A stretch of DNA of 64,000 nt from Minisyncoccota bacterium. Lineage in GTDB: Bacteria; Patescibacteriota; Minisyncoccia; Phycocordibacterales; UBA6065. Positions 8,700-16,983 of the stretch are shown piece after piece. Below the pieces are notes generated by a model. That model was given only the letters and a program-made list of their open reading frames with translations, was not told the DNA's origin and did not search any database. Position 1 is the stretch's first letter. Every line of letters begins with the position of its first letter. Both the position numbers and the translations under genes were made by a program. Where the stretch lies: NCBI GenBank assembly GCA_035546035.1, contig DASZXC010000001.1:19538-83537 (forward strand), given 5' to 3'.

Positions 8700-8996
8700 T
8701 CACGCGTCTGTGCGCGGCCGGTCGCGCATGTGTGCAAAAAGAAAGCCTCCGGGATTAAGATCCAGGAGGCATAGTCTAGAAGGTTTGGCCGAGAAGGATA
8801 ACTCGGTTACTCGCTTCGGGCGCAGATTGGAGAGCGCGCGGCGGATGCCGGGAGCTCGATCGATCGGCGGGGCGTGTGACGCACCGGACTCTGGAGGCTT
8901 CGCGCTTGGCGCGGTCGCTACCACAGTAACCCGACTCGCTTATTGGGAGGGACGGCTCGGAATACGGAACGAAGACATGTCTCTGTCTCTTTTTGG
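8700..8996 (+). ncRNA. rnpB: Candidate RNase P RNA (bacterial type A-like, reduced)
   Basis: The 370-bp gap between two minus-strand genes has no credible ORF. The plus strand contains GAAAGCCUCCGGG (compare GGAAAGUCCGGG, P4 5' strand), GGAGGCAUAG (compare CUCCAUAGGGCA), a GCGUGUGACGCACC hairpin (compare GCGGUAAGAGCGCACC) and ACAGUAACCCGACUCGCUUAU (compare ACAGAACCCGGCUUAU, P4 3' strand). It ends with a hairpin (agaca-ugucuc-ugucu) plus a U-tract at 8974-8996. The 5' end is not defined. Confidence 0.45.
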
Positions 8997-9055
8997 CGTT
9001 CCGCGAGCGGCGTCTTCAAATAGCTTAGTCTGGTATAAGTATAGCACCCCCTGTT

Positions 9056-9997
9056 CTATTTGTCAAGCACTTTCGCGTTAAGATAAGAAATCGTTGATTT
9101 TACGAGGTTTTCCAGGTCTTTGAACCTGCCGTCATATGAGGATCCGAGAACCGATATAATGATCGGATGGTTCAGGCCCGCATTGAATGCCACGACCACG
9201 TTCCCGCCTGACAGATCGGTATAGCCGGTCTTCGATCCGATGAGATTCGGCACATTCGGTATAGCCAGGTCGGTGTTCACTGCGGCGTGAGGATAGTTCT
9301 CCGAGGATATCATCGTCTTTTGGAGCGCGGTCGCTTCGATCAGGTGCCGGTCCGTTTTCATGATGTGATCCACCAGGAGCGCGACGTCGCGGGCCGATCC
9401 GTATGCGCCCGACGTCGTCTTGTCTATGTCGAGGCCGGACTGATTAGAGAATCGCATGTCGGCGAGGCCGATCGATCGCGCGTTGGCATTCATCTGCGCT
9501 ACGAAAAGACCTATGGGGTCGGTGGCCGTGGCGGAAATCTGGGTTCCGGCCGTTCGTGCCACCGCCCGGATGCCGTCATTTGACGACGTGACGAGGCTGA
9601 AGTCCACGATGTCGCGGATATGCCATTCTTCGCCGACATAGAGGCCGCTGTCGCCCTCTTCCCTGATATCATCAGGCGTTATGCGCACCGAAACCGATTC
9701 AGGGACGATATTCGAAGCCGTCAGAGCCGACATCAGTTTCGTCAGTGATGCGAGGGGCCGCTCTCCGTCAGGGTCTTTGGCATAGAGAGCCTTGTCGTCG
9801 CGGGCGTCATAGACGAATGCCGAGGCCGCCTCGACCGGCGTATACGGGAACAAGAGCTCCTGGACCGTCGTCGTGGACGTGGCAATCAAGGGCTCTTTCG
9901 GGATCGGCAAGGGCGCCGGGTATATCCACCACAAAAACAGCGCCGCGACGAGCGCCAAAAGGCAGAGTTCGGATACGGCGGCGCGTTTAGGATTCAT
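9056..9997 (-). CDS. D-alanyl-D-alanine carboxypeptidase (S11, PBP5-like)
   Basis: All three serine-PBP motifs are present: SLTK (SxxK), SSN (SxN) and KTGYT (KTG). N-terminal TM/signal segment. Confidence 0.8.
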   Translation of the reverse strand: MNPKRAAVSELCLLALVAALFLWWIYPAPLPIPKEPLIATSTTTVQELLFPYTPVEAASAFVYDARDDKALYAKDPDGERPLASLTKLMSALTASNIVPESVSVRITPDDIREEGDSGLYVGEEWHIRDIVDFSLVTSSNDGIRAVARTAGTQISATATDPIGLFVAQMNANARSIGLADMRFSNQSGLDIDKTTSGAYGSARDVALLVDHIMKTDRHLIEATALQKTMISSENYPHAAVNTDLAIPNVPNLIGSKTGYTDLSGGNVVVAFNAGLNHPIIISVLGSSYDGRFKDLENLVKSTISYLNAKVLDK

Positions 9998-10604
9998 GCG
10001 ATGGGGCGGATTCGGCCGACGCTTTGTCAGCAGCAGCCTCTTCGTCGGCGAAAGCCTGGAGCTCGGCTTTTACTTTTGCGAAATCCGGGAGGTCTTCGAT
10101 TTTGGCGACGCCGAGGTGCGCGAGCAGGTCTATGGACGGCTTGTATGAATAGCCCCTGCCCTGGCCTGGTTGCCCGTTCCTGCCGCTGGTCTCGGCGATG
10201 CGCTCGATAAGGCCGCGGATGAGCAGGTTACGCAAGATGAACGAAGAGTTCACGCCGCGGATGTAATCGATCTCTGATCGCTTGACCGGGCCTTTGTACA
10301 GAATGATTGACAGCGTCTCGAGTCCGGCTTTGCCCAGGTCGCGCATGAGCTCGTCTTTGGTCAGCTTTTCGATGATCGTGCCGACTTCCGGAGCCGTGCG
10401 CATCTCTATTTCGTCGCCATTGCGGATGACTCGAAGTCCTCGCCCCGCGAGGCCGGTTTCCAAGGCCGTCAAAGCAGTTTCGAGCTCCTCAGGCGCGCAA
10501 TCGAGCATGGCCGCGGCCTTTTTTAGGATTATCGGCTCGCCTTTCCAGAAGAGCAGGGCTTCGAGCTTGGTCTCAAGTGTGAGCGGTGCGGGAGCGGATT
10601 CCAT
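9987..10604 (-). CDS. scpB: Segregation and condensation protein B
   Basis: LEALLFWKGEPI...GLRVIRNGDEIEMRT is the typical ScpB winged-helix N-terminus. Follows scpA directly. Confidence 0.85.
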   Translation of the reverse strand: MESAPAPLTLETKLEALLFWKGEPIILKKAAAMLDCAPEELETALTALETGLAGRGLRVIRNGDEIEMRTAPEVGTIIEKLTKDELMRDLGKAGLETLSIILYKGPVKRSEIDYIRGVNSSFILRNLLIRGLIERIAETSGRNGQPGQGRGYSYKPSIDLLAHLGVAKIEDLPDFAKVKAELQAFADEEAAADKASAESAPSHES

Positions 10605-10619
10605 AGGTAGAGTATATCG

Positions 10620-11360
10620 CTAGTATTTCGGCACGCCAACGCTCTGGCCGGTTTCCATCTGTATGTCGTCGAAATGGCGCTCCTGGGTGACGTTTATGAT
10701 GCCTTGCTTGACCAATTCGAGCATGGCGAGGAACGATACGATGACGTCGACTTTTTTGGCCTGATTCTCTGCGGTTTTGCCCGCATGCCCGCTGAATTCG
10801 CGGAAGCTCATGCGTAGGCTCTCGACCACGCGCTTGGTCAGGTTGCCGATCATCTCTTCGAGGCTGATGACCTTGTCCACGACGACTTTCGGCAGAAATT
10901 CGCGTTTCGGCAGGTTGGCGAGCACGCGACCGGCGGCGGCGAACAGGTTCGCGATAGTCATATCGGCGTCGGGCGAAAAAACAGCGTCTAACTTTCGTTC
11001 GCCTCGGGCAAAGAGCACGTTTTTGCCGAATATCGGCCGTAATTTGCCCGACACTTCGCGCATGCGCTCGTATATCTTCAGACGGCGGTTCAGGTCGTCT
11101 ATCGACGCCTGCTCCTCGGTCGTTAATGTCAGCTGCGGCAGGAGCGATTTCGATTTGATGAGCAGCAGTGTAGAAGCGACAAGGACAAATTGCGCGCCCT
11201 CGGCGACCGGGAATTCGCCCAGATCGTGCACGTATGCGATATAGTCGTCGGCGACTTTCGCGAGCGATACGTCGTTCACGAATAATTTGCGCTTCTCTAT
11301 CAGATCGAGGAGAAGCTCGAGCGGGCCTTCGAAATGCTGCTGTTTGACGGTGAAGGACAT
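10620..11360 (-). CDS. scpA: Segregation and condensation protein A
   Basis: FEGPLELLLDLIEKRKL is the ScpA signature; 246 aa. Confidence 0.85.
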   Translation of the reverse strand: MSFTVKQQHFEGPLELLLDLIEKRKLFVNDVSLAKVADDYIAYVHDLGEFPVAEGAQFVLVASTLLLIKSKSLLPQLTLTTEEQASIDDLNRRLKIYERMREVSGKLRPIFGKNVLFARGERKLDAVFSPDADMTIANLFAAAGRVLANLPKREFLPKVVVDKVISLEEMIGNLTKRVVESLRMSFREFSGHAGKTAENQAKKVDVIVSFLAMLELVKQGIINVTQERHFDDIQMETGQSVGVPKY

Positions 11361-11374
11361 ACGTCTCGGCGCGA

Positions 11375-12682
11375 TTATGGATTCAAGCGCTTCACGTCGC
11401 GCGGCAAATAGGTCGCTTCGCGAACGTTCGGAAGGTCGAGCATCTTCATGATGAGGCGCGCCGGGCCGATGCCTGCTCCGCCGTGCGGAGGACAGCCATA
11501 GCGGAAGAAATTGATGTAGTCTTTGAGCGCTTCGAGGCTCATGCCTTTGTCCAAAGCCTGCTTTTCGAGGATGTCTACGCGATGCTCGCGCTGGGCCAAT
11601 GTCGTTACCTCGATGCCGCGATACAAAAGATCCGCGCGCTTCGATCGGTCAGGGCCATGCTCGCTGCCCTCTTCGTGGCGCATGTGATAGAAGGCGCTCT
11701 TGGATTTGTGGTAGTCGGTGATGAATACGAAATCGTGGCCGTGCTTTTCCTTTACATAGTCGCAGATCGCGCGCTCTTCCTCCGGCGAAAGGTCATGCTC
11801 TTCGCCCGATTCGACGCCGCGCTCTTTGAGGATCTTTTTCGCCTCGACCATAGGAATGCGCGGGAATGGCGTGGTCGGGATTTCTATGGCCAGATTCGGG
11901 AATGCCTTTTTCACTGCCGTAAAGCCCGAAACGAGCATTTTTTCCTCCGTATCCATGAGGTCGTGATGCGACTCGATATATGCCATTTCAAAGTCCCAGC
12001 CGGTGAATTCGGTCAAGTGGCGCGTGGTGAACGATTCTTCGGCGCGGAATACCGGAGCGACCATGAAGACGCGCTCGAAACCGGATGCGATACCCATTTG
12101 CTTGTAGAACTGGGGCGACTGGGCGAGGTATGCCTTGCCCTTGAAGTACTTTACTTCGAAGACCTGCGCGCCTGTTTCCGACGGCGTGTTCATGAATGAC
12201 GGCGGATATATCTGGAGGAAATCGTTGTCGAGCCAATACTGCCTGAAGCCGCGCTCGAGCTCGGTCCAGACTTTGAATATCTGGGCCTTTTCCGGCTTGC
12301 GAAGATCGATCCAGCGATAGTCGAAGCGGATCGGCGCCTCGGTCTCTTCCCCGCCCTTTTTAGTGACGACAGGGATCGGCAGTTCGGGAGCGGCGGCTGA
12401 AAGGACGACGATATCTTTGACCTCGATCTCGACGCCGCCCGGAGCCTGGTCGGCTTTTTTGGCCAAGCCATGTATCTCGACGACCGATTCGACATTCAGA
12501 GATTTCGCCGTATCGAATGCAGGCGACTCTTTGCCTACGACGCCCTGGATGGTGCCGTTGATGTCGCGGATGACGATGAATGCGATCTTGGACTGCGCGC
12601 GGAGAGCGTGCACGAAGCCGCGGACCATGACGTCTTGGCCTGCATGCTCGATGACTTTGTTGGTTGGGATTGAGATTTTCAT
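11375..12682 (-). CDS. aspS: Aspartyl-tRNA synthetase (archaeal/eukaryotic-type class IIb, possibly non-discriminating)
   Basis: FRAEESFTTRHLTEFTGWDFEMAY is motif 2 and GGAGIGPARLIMKMLDLPNVREA is motif 3. A 435-aa length is typical of archaeal-type AspRS. Confidence 0.8.
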   Translation of the reverse strand: MKISIPTNKVIEHAGQDVMVRGFVHALRAQSKIAFIVIRDINGTIQGVVGKESPAFDTAKSLNVESVVEIHGLAKKADQAPGGVEIEVKDIVVLSAAAPELPIPVVTKKGGEETEAPIRFDYRWIDLRKPEKAQIFKVWTELERGFRQYWLDNDFLQIYPPSFMNTPSETGAQVFEVKYFKGKAYLAQSPQFYKQMGIASGFERVFMVAPVFRAEESFTTRHLTEFTGWDFEMAYIESHHDLMDTEEKMLVSGFTAVKKAFPNLAIEIPTTPFPRIPMVEAKKILKERGVESGEEHDLSPEEERAICDYVKEKHGHDFVFITDYHKSKSAFYHMRHEEGSEHGPDRSKRADLLYRGIEVTTLAQREHRVDILEKQALDKGMSLEALKDYINFFRYGCPPHGGAGIGPARLIMKMLDLPNVREATYLPRDVKRLNP

Positions 12683-12851
12683 ATAAAAATAAAAGACCCC
12701 TTCACGAATCTGATATCAGACTCGCAGGGGCGATTTCATGCCGTTTGGCGCGAATCTCGCGGTGCCACCCTGGTTTATAACTCTTCTCTTCTACCGCCTA
12801 TTCCTCGCCGGGTGTCAGCCGGGTCGTTGGTTAATTAGATAATATCTCTAA

Positions 12852-12872
12852 AATTATTGCAGGGCAATAATT
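12852..12872 (+). promoter_or_regulatory. Perfect palindrome (candidate operator) overlapping a TTGACT -35-like hexamer upstream of the 12918 ORF
   Basis: aattattgc-agg-gcaataatt has 9-bp arms and a 3-nt spacer, immediately followed by ttgact. It sits in a low-GC intergenic region. Confidence 0.3.
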
Positions 12873-12917
12873 GACTTTTCATCATAAATATGATAGAAGA
12901 AGCACAGAATTTGAACC

Positions 12918-13706
12918 ATGAAAAAACTACCTTCGATCGAAAGACTTGTTGTTGAAGAACCTAAAAAACCTTCTCTTGCCGGTCTATTTGCTCTTACGGG
13001 CGATCTATATGCGGCCGCAAAAATGGCAACTAAAGAAAAAGAACCCCTGTATTGTTGTCAGGTGCAGCTCTGCTTCCAAAGGCACTCTGATCTGGAGCGG
13101 ACCAGTCATGAAATCAAGAAGACCCTCTCCGATTCCGAGATCGACCCTCTTTGGAAAGCCGTATGCTGCATCGGCGCCAGCCAATGGGGAATTCTCGACG
13201 AGCTCATTGAGTACTCTAAAGACAAGCCGGATATTCTACGTTATCTCTGTGAAGATTTCGGCGGCAAGGAAGATCGGCATGTCTTTTCCCTAGGCATCGC
13301 TGCAGAGAATGAACAAATCGCTCAAACCGTCCTCGACCATCTTGTAGGGACCGGACACAGCTTTTTATCCCCCGAATTCATCGAGGCGATATTGAACAAG
13401 TATCCAACTCTGACACTCACAAAGCGTCAGAAAGATACTCTTATTCGCGAGGCGATCTCAGGCAGTCTATCGACCGAAGAAGTTGCCTTGTGTGAGAAAA
13501 TGGCAGGACGTAGCCTGACAAAAAGTCAACGGAAACGTTATGGTCAGAATCGTTTCCGGGATTTGGTCGATTGCGATGACGCTGTCGCGCCTGAATTCGT
13601 GTGGAACGAGCTCAAACGATCTCTTTCCCATCGCGAAAAGGGGCTGCTTCAAGTGGAACTCCAGAGAATGCTTGCGATCCTCGAGAGGAATCAGCCGCGA
13701 GTCTAG
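12918..13706 (+). CDS. Hypothetical helical protein in a low-GC plus-strand islet
   Basis: 262-aa ORF with its own terminator. AT-rich relative to its neighbours and on the opposite strand to every flanking gene. No recognisable motif. Confidence 0.5.
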   Translation: MKKLPSIERLVVEEPKKPSLAGLFALTGDLYAAAKMATKEKEPLYCCQVQLCFQRHSDLERTSHEIKKTLSDSEIDPLWKAVCCIGASQWGILDELIEYSKDKPDILRYLCEDFGGKEDRHVFSLGIAAENEQIAQTVLDHLVGTGHSFLSPEFIEAILNKYPTLTLTKRQKDTLIREAISGSLSTEEVALCEKMAGRSLTKSQRKRYGQNRFRDLVDCDDAVAPEFVWNELKRSLSHREKGLLQVELQRMLAILERNQPRV

Positions 13707-13714
13707 TTAATTCG

Positions 13715-13755
13715 AGCCGATAACTCTATTTTGCAGAGTTATCGGCTTTTTCTTG
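13715..13755 (+). terminator. Intrinsic terminator
   Basis: agccgataactct-attttgc-agagttatcggct (13-bp stem) followed by ttttcttg. Confidence 0.7.
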
Positions 13756-13801
13756 AATATTTTATATTTCCGCTAACCAAGTATCGACAGCTTTCTGGCC
13801 T

Positions 13802-14773
13802 TCAGAGTGTAACACCTACGCTCACCCTCACCCTCTCCATCATCCCCTCCGCCCTCTTCCTCGCCTGCTTTGCGCCCTTTTCCAAAATCTTCACAACCTT
13901 CTTGCGATTCTTCGCTATCTTCTCGCGGCGTTCGCGCATGGGCCTGATGAAATCCTGGAGGTCTTTGACCAGAGCGTCCTTGAGCGCCTTGTACTTGCCG
14001 GCATTGTCGCCATAGAGCTTGTCCAAATAGTCTTTATCGCGGATCAATTCGTGGATGGCGCGGACGTTCATGGGCACGCCGCCGGAAGAATCGGTGACAA
14101 TGGACATGACGGCTTTCTGTATCTCTTCATCCGTAGCGAACAGGCTGATGGTATTGCCGTATGACTTCGACATCTTGCGGCCGTCGGTGCCGGGAACGGT
14201 CTTTACGCTCTCGATGATCATGTCGGTCGGCAGTTTGAACGTCGGTTCTGCGCCCTGGCAGAAGATATTGTTGAATTTCTGGGCCGTATCGCGGGCATAT
14301 TCGACATGCTGCTTCTGGTCAGAGCCGACCGGAACGATGTCAGTGCCGTACAAAAGGATGTCCGCCGCCATGAGCATCGGATAGTTGAACGTGCCGACGG
14401 AGATCTCCTTGTCTTTCGCCTCGGCGTCCTTGAACGCATGCGCGCGCATGAGGTACGGCATGGTCGTTATGGTATCGAATATCCATGCGAGTTCGGTATG
14501 CGCCGAAACGTCCGACTGCTTGAACAAGACCGCCTTTTTCGGATCGAGGCCGATAGCGAGATAGTCTATGGCGAGCTCGATGATGTTCTCGCGCATAGTC
14601 GCGCCGTTCTGGATGAAGTTAAGCGCGTGATAGTCGGCGATCATGAAATAGCAGTCGTATTTTCCTGTATTCAAAAGATCCACGAACTGCTTCATCGCGC
14701 CGAAATAGTTGCCGATATGAGGCCTTCCGGTCGGCTTTACGCCCGAAAGGAGGGTTTTCTTAGGGAGAGACAT
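13802..14773 (-). CDS. trpS: Tryptophanyl-tRNA synthetase
   Basis: SGVKPTGRPHIGNYFGA is the HIGH-type region and KMSKSYGN is the KMSKS motif of class I TrpRS; 323 aa. Confidence 0.9.
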   Translation of the reverse strand: MSLPKKTLLSGVKPTGRPHIGNYFGAMKQFVDLLNTGKYDCYFMIADYHALNFIQNGATMRENIIELAIDYLAIGLDPKKAVLFKQSDVSAHTELAWIFDTITTMPYLMRAHAFKDAEAKDKEISVGTFNYPMLMAADILLYGTDIVPVGSDQKQHVEYARDTAQKFNNIFCQGAEPTFKLPTDMIIESVKTVPGTDGRKMSKSYGNTISLFATDEEIQKAVMSIVTDSSGGVPMNVRAIHELIRDKDYLDKLYGDNAGKYKALKDALVKDLQDFIRPMRERREKIAKNRKKVVKILEKGAKQARKRAEGMMERVRVSVGVTL

Positions 14774-14809
14774 GAGAAAATAGTAGCAAAAACGGCCGGG
14801 AAAAGCCCG

Positions 14810-15631
14810 TTAATCCGCCGGCGCGATCTCGCTCTTGATCTTATTGAATCCGAGCAATCCGCATGTCAGGAGGAATACCGCGACCGTAAATGCCAGGTCT
14901 CCGATATCGCCGTTATATGCCGTGCCCACGGTCGTTGTATAAGAGAATATCGAATCGGCGACGAACATGGCGGCGAGCCCGGCCAGGATGAGCACGACGT
15001 CGTATCTATAGCGCCCGCCCAGGTACTTGAACGAAAGCCCTGCGACCACGACGGACACCGAGAGGCTGACGATGTCTCCCAAAGGGTATGCTATATCGAG
15101 CAGGGTCTTTAATGCATTGTTGCTGTCCGATATCAGGAGCCCGCCCTTCCCTACGATGATCAGAATATAATACGCGATGGCGCCGATGATGAATGGCATG
15201 ATGATGGCGAATGCCCGACCCTTTTTGCTCTTGAGGCTCATACCGATGCCCGTCGTCACCGACAGATATATGGCGCCGAGGGTATAGAAAAAGACCGACG
15301 GAGCGAAGAATATGTCGGCAATGGACGGATACGGGATCTCTACCTGGAGAAATATGTTGTAGTACGCATAAGTGATCTCGCCGCAACCCCAGAGGAAGAG
15401 GCCGAAGCCGAGGAGCAGGATCGCTTTGCCGAGTATGGTCGAGAGGCCGCCCCACTTTCGGTATCCGGCGAGGGCGAATATGCCGCCGAAGAACGGGATG
15501 AGACCGTAGCAGAGGACGAAGATATTGCTTGCCGTCGTATCGCCCGCGCTGCCGAAGAAAAGCACTGCCCAGAACGCGAGAAGCGCGATGAAGAACGCTG
15601 CACAGGCCTTTTGATACCCGTTAAAGGACAT
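14810..15631 (-). CDS. Hypothetical polytopic membrane protein
   Basis: About 8 predicted TM helices and no catalytic motif recognised; 273 aa. Confidence 0.45.
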   Translation of the reverse strand: MSFNGYQKACAAFFIALLAFWAVLFFGSAGDTTASNIFVLCYGLIPFFGGIFALAGYRKWGGLSTILGKAILLLGFGLFLWGCGEITYAYYNIFLQVEIPYPSIADIFFAPSVFFYTLGAIYLSVTTGIGMSLKSKKGRAFAIIMPFIIGAIAYYILIIVGKGGLLISDSNNALKTLLDIAYPLGDIVSLSVSVVVAGLSFKYLGGRYRYDVVLILAGLAAMFVADSIFSYTTTVGTAYNGDIGDLAFTVAVFLLTCGLLGFNKIKSEIAPAD

Positions 15632-15651
15632 GGGTATAGTGTAGAACGCCC

Positions 15652-16950
15652 CTATTTTTTGAGCAAACGAACGACTTCGCCGAACGCGATCTTCTCCTGA
15701 CTCCCCTTCTCCAGATCTTTGATCACGATCTTGCCCTCCTTGGCCTCGTCAGAGCCGTATATGAGGGCGTATTTGATGCCCTTGTCGGACGCGTATGAAA
15801 GCTGCTTCTTCATGTCAGCGGTATCGAAATAGACGACGGTGTTCACGCCCGCCGCGCGGAGGTCGGATGCAAGGCGCAAATAGTCGGCTTGCAATGACTC
15901 GTCGAAATTGACGATGAGCGCCTTGGCGACGGTCTTTTCCGTCGCGACCAATTTCAATTCCTCGAGAGCCGCATAGAGGCGGTCGAGGCCGATCGATGCG
16001 CCCACTGCAGGCACAGGCTTGTTCGAGAACATGCCGATCAGGCCGTCATAGCGTCCGCCGGACAGGACGGAACCGAATTGCGGCGCATTGGCGAGCGTCG
16101 TCTCGAAAATGATGCCGGTGTAATAGTCCAGACCGCGTGCGATGGAGAAATCGATGACGAAGCGAGCCTTCGGAGCCAGTACCGATGCGCTTTCGATGAT
16201 GGAGATAAGCTCGGCGACCGCCGTTTTGATGGCCGGGAATCGTTCGGCGACCGCAGCGATGTCTACCCGAGCATTCATCGGATCAATGGACACCTGCGCA
16301 AAGCCGATGATCGCGTCCGCGTTGTTCGCGAGGCCCGTTCCGAGCTCTTTTTTGACGCCTTCGGCGCCGATCTTGTCCATTTTATCGACGGCGCGGATAG
16401 CGGCGGTCTTCGCTTCGGCCGAAAGGCCGAGAGAGTCATAAAAAGCATTGATGATGGCCCGGCTATTCACTCGCACGACGAAATCGGTCACACCGAGCTT
16501 TGCCAAAGTTCCTGCGGCAAGCGCCAAAATCTCCGCATCGGCGAGCGGCGAATCGGAACCGACGATGTCGGCATCGCACTGGTAGAACTCGCGGTAGCGG
16601 CCCTTCTGCGGATTGTCCGCACGCCAGACGGGCGAAACCTGATAGCGCTTCCACGGCCTTTTAAGGTCGCCGTTCTGCGCGACGAGGCGCGCCAGAGGGA
16701 TGGTCAGGTCGTATCGAAGGGCCACATCGCGGTCGCCGTTGTCTTTGAAGCGATACATGAGCTTGTCGCCCTCGTCGCCGTATTTGCCCGTGAGCGTTTC
16801 CAAATACTCCAAAGCCGGCGTCTCGATCGGTTCGAAGCCGAACGATTCGTATGACGCCTTAACGGTTTCGATCATGCGCTGCCTCCCTATCTGCTGCTCG
16901 GGCAGGAAATCTCGGAACCCTTTCAAAAGTTTTGGCTCTATTTTGGCCAT
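15652..16950 (-). CDS. hisS: Histidyl-tRNA synthetase
   Basis: GFRDFLPEQ, RYDLTIPLAR and GRYREFYQCD match class IIa HisRS motifs 1 and 2 and the His-binding block; 432 aa. Confidence 0.9.
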   Translation of the reverse strand: MAKIEPKLLKGFRDFLPEQQIGRQRMIETVKASYESFGFEPIETPALEYLETLTGKYGDEGDKLMYRFKDNGDRDVALRYDLTIPLARLVAQNGDLKRPWKRYQVSPVWRADNPQKGRYREFYQCDADIVGSDSPLADAEILALAAGTLAKLGVTDFVVRVNSRAIINAFYDSLGLSAEAKTAAIRAVDKMDKIGAEGVKKELGTGLANNADAIIGFAQVSIDPMNARVDIAAVAERFPAIKTAVAELISIIESASVLAPKARFVIDFSIARGLDYYTGIIFETTLANAPQFGSVLSGGRYDGLIGMFSNKPVPAVGASIGLDRLYAALEELKLVATEKTVAKALIVNFDESLQADYLRLASDLRAAGVNTVVYFDTADMKKQLSYASDKGIKYALIYGSDEAKEGKIVIKDLEKGSQEKIAFGEVVRLLKK

Positions 16951-16983
16951 GGATATAAGACTAGCAGAAGATACTGATGAGGG

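Noticed and set aside
8700-9081. Protein-coding ORFs (123 aa plus strand, 74 aa minus strand) in the ftsW upstream gap
   Set aside because: Poor codon bias and RNase P-like conserved blocks. The region is interpreted as an ncRNA instead.
14306-15112. 268-aa plus-strand ORF
   Set aside because: Antisense to trpS and the downstream membrane-protein gene; same artefact.
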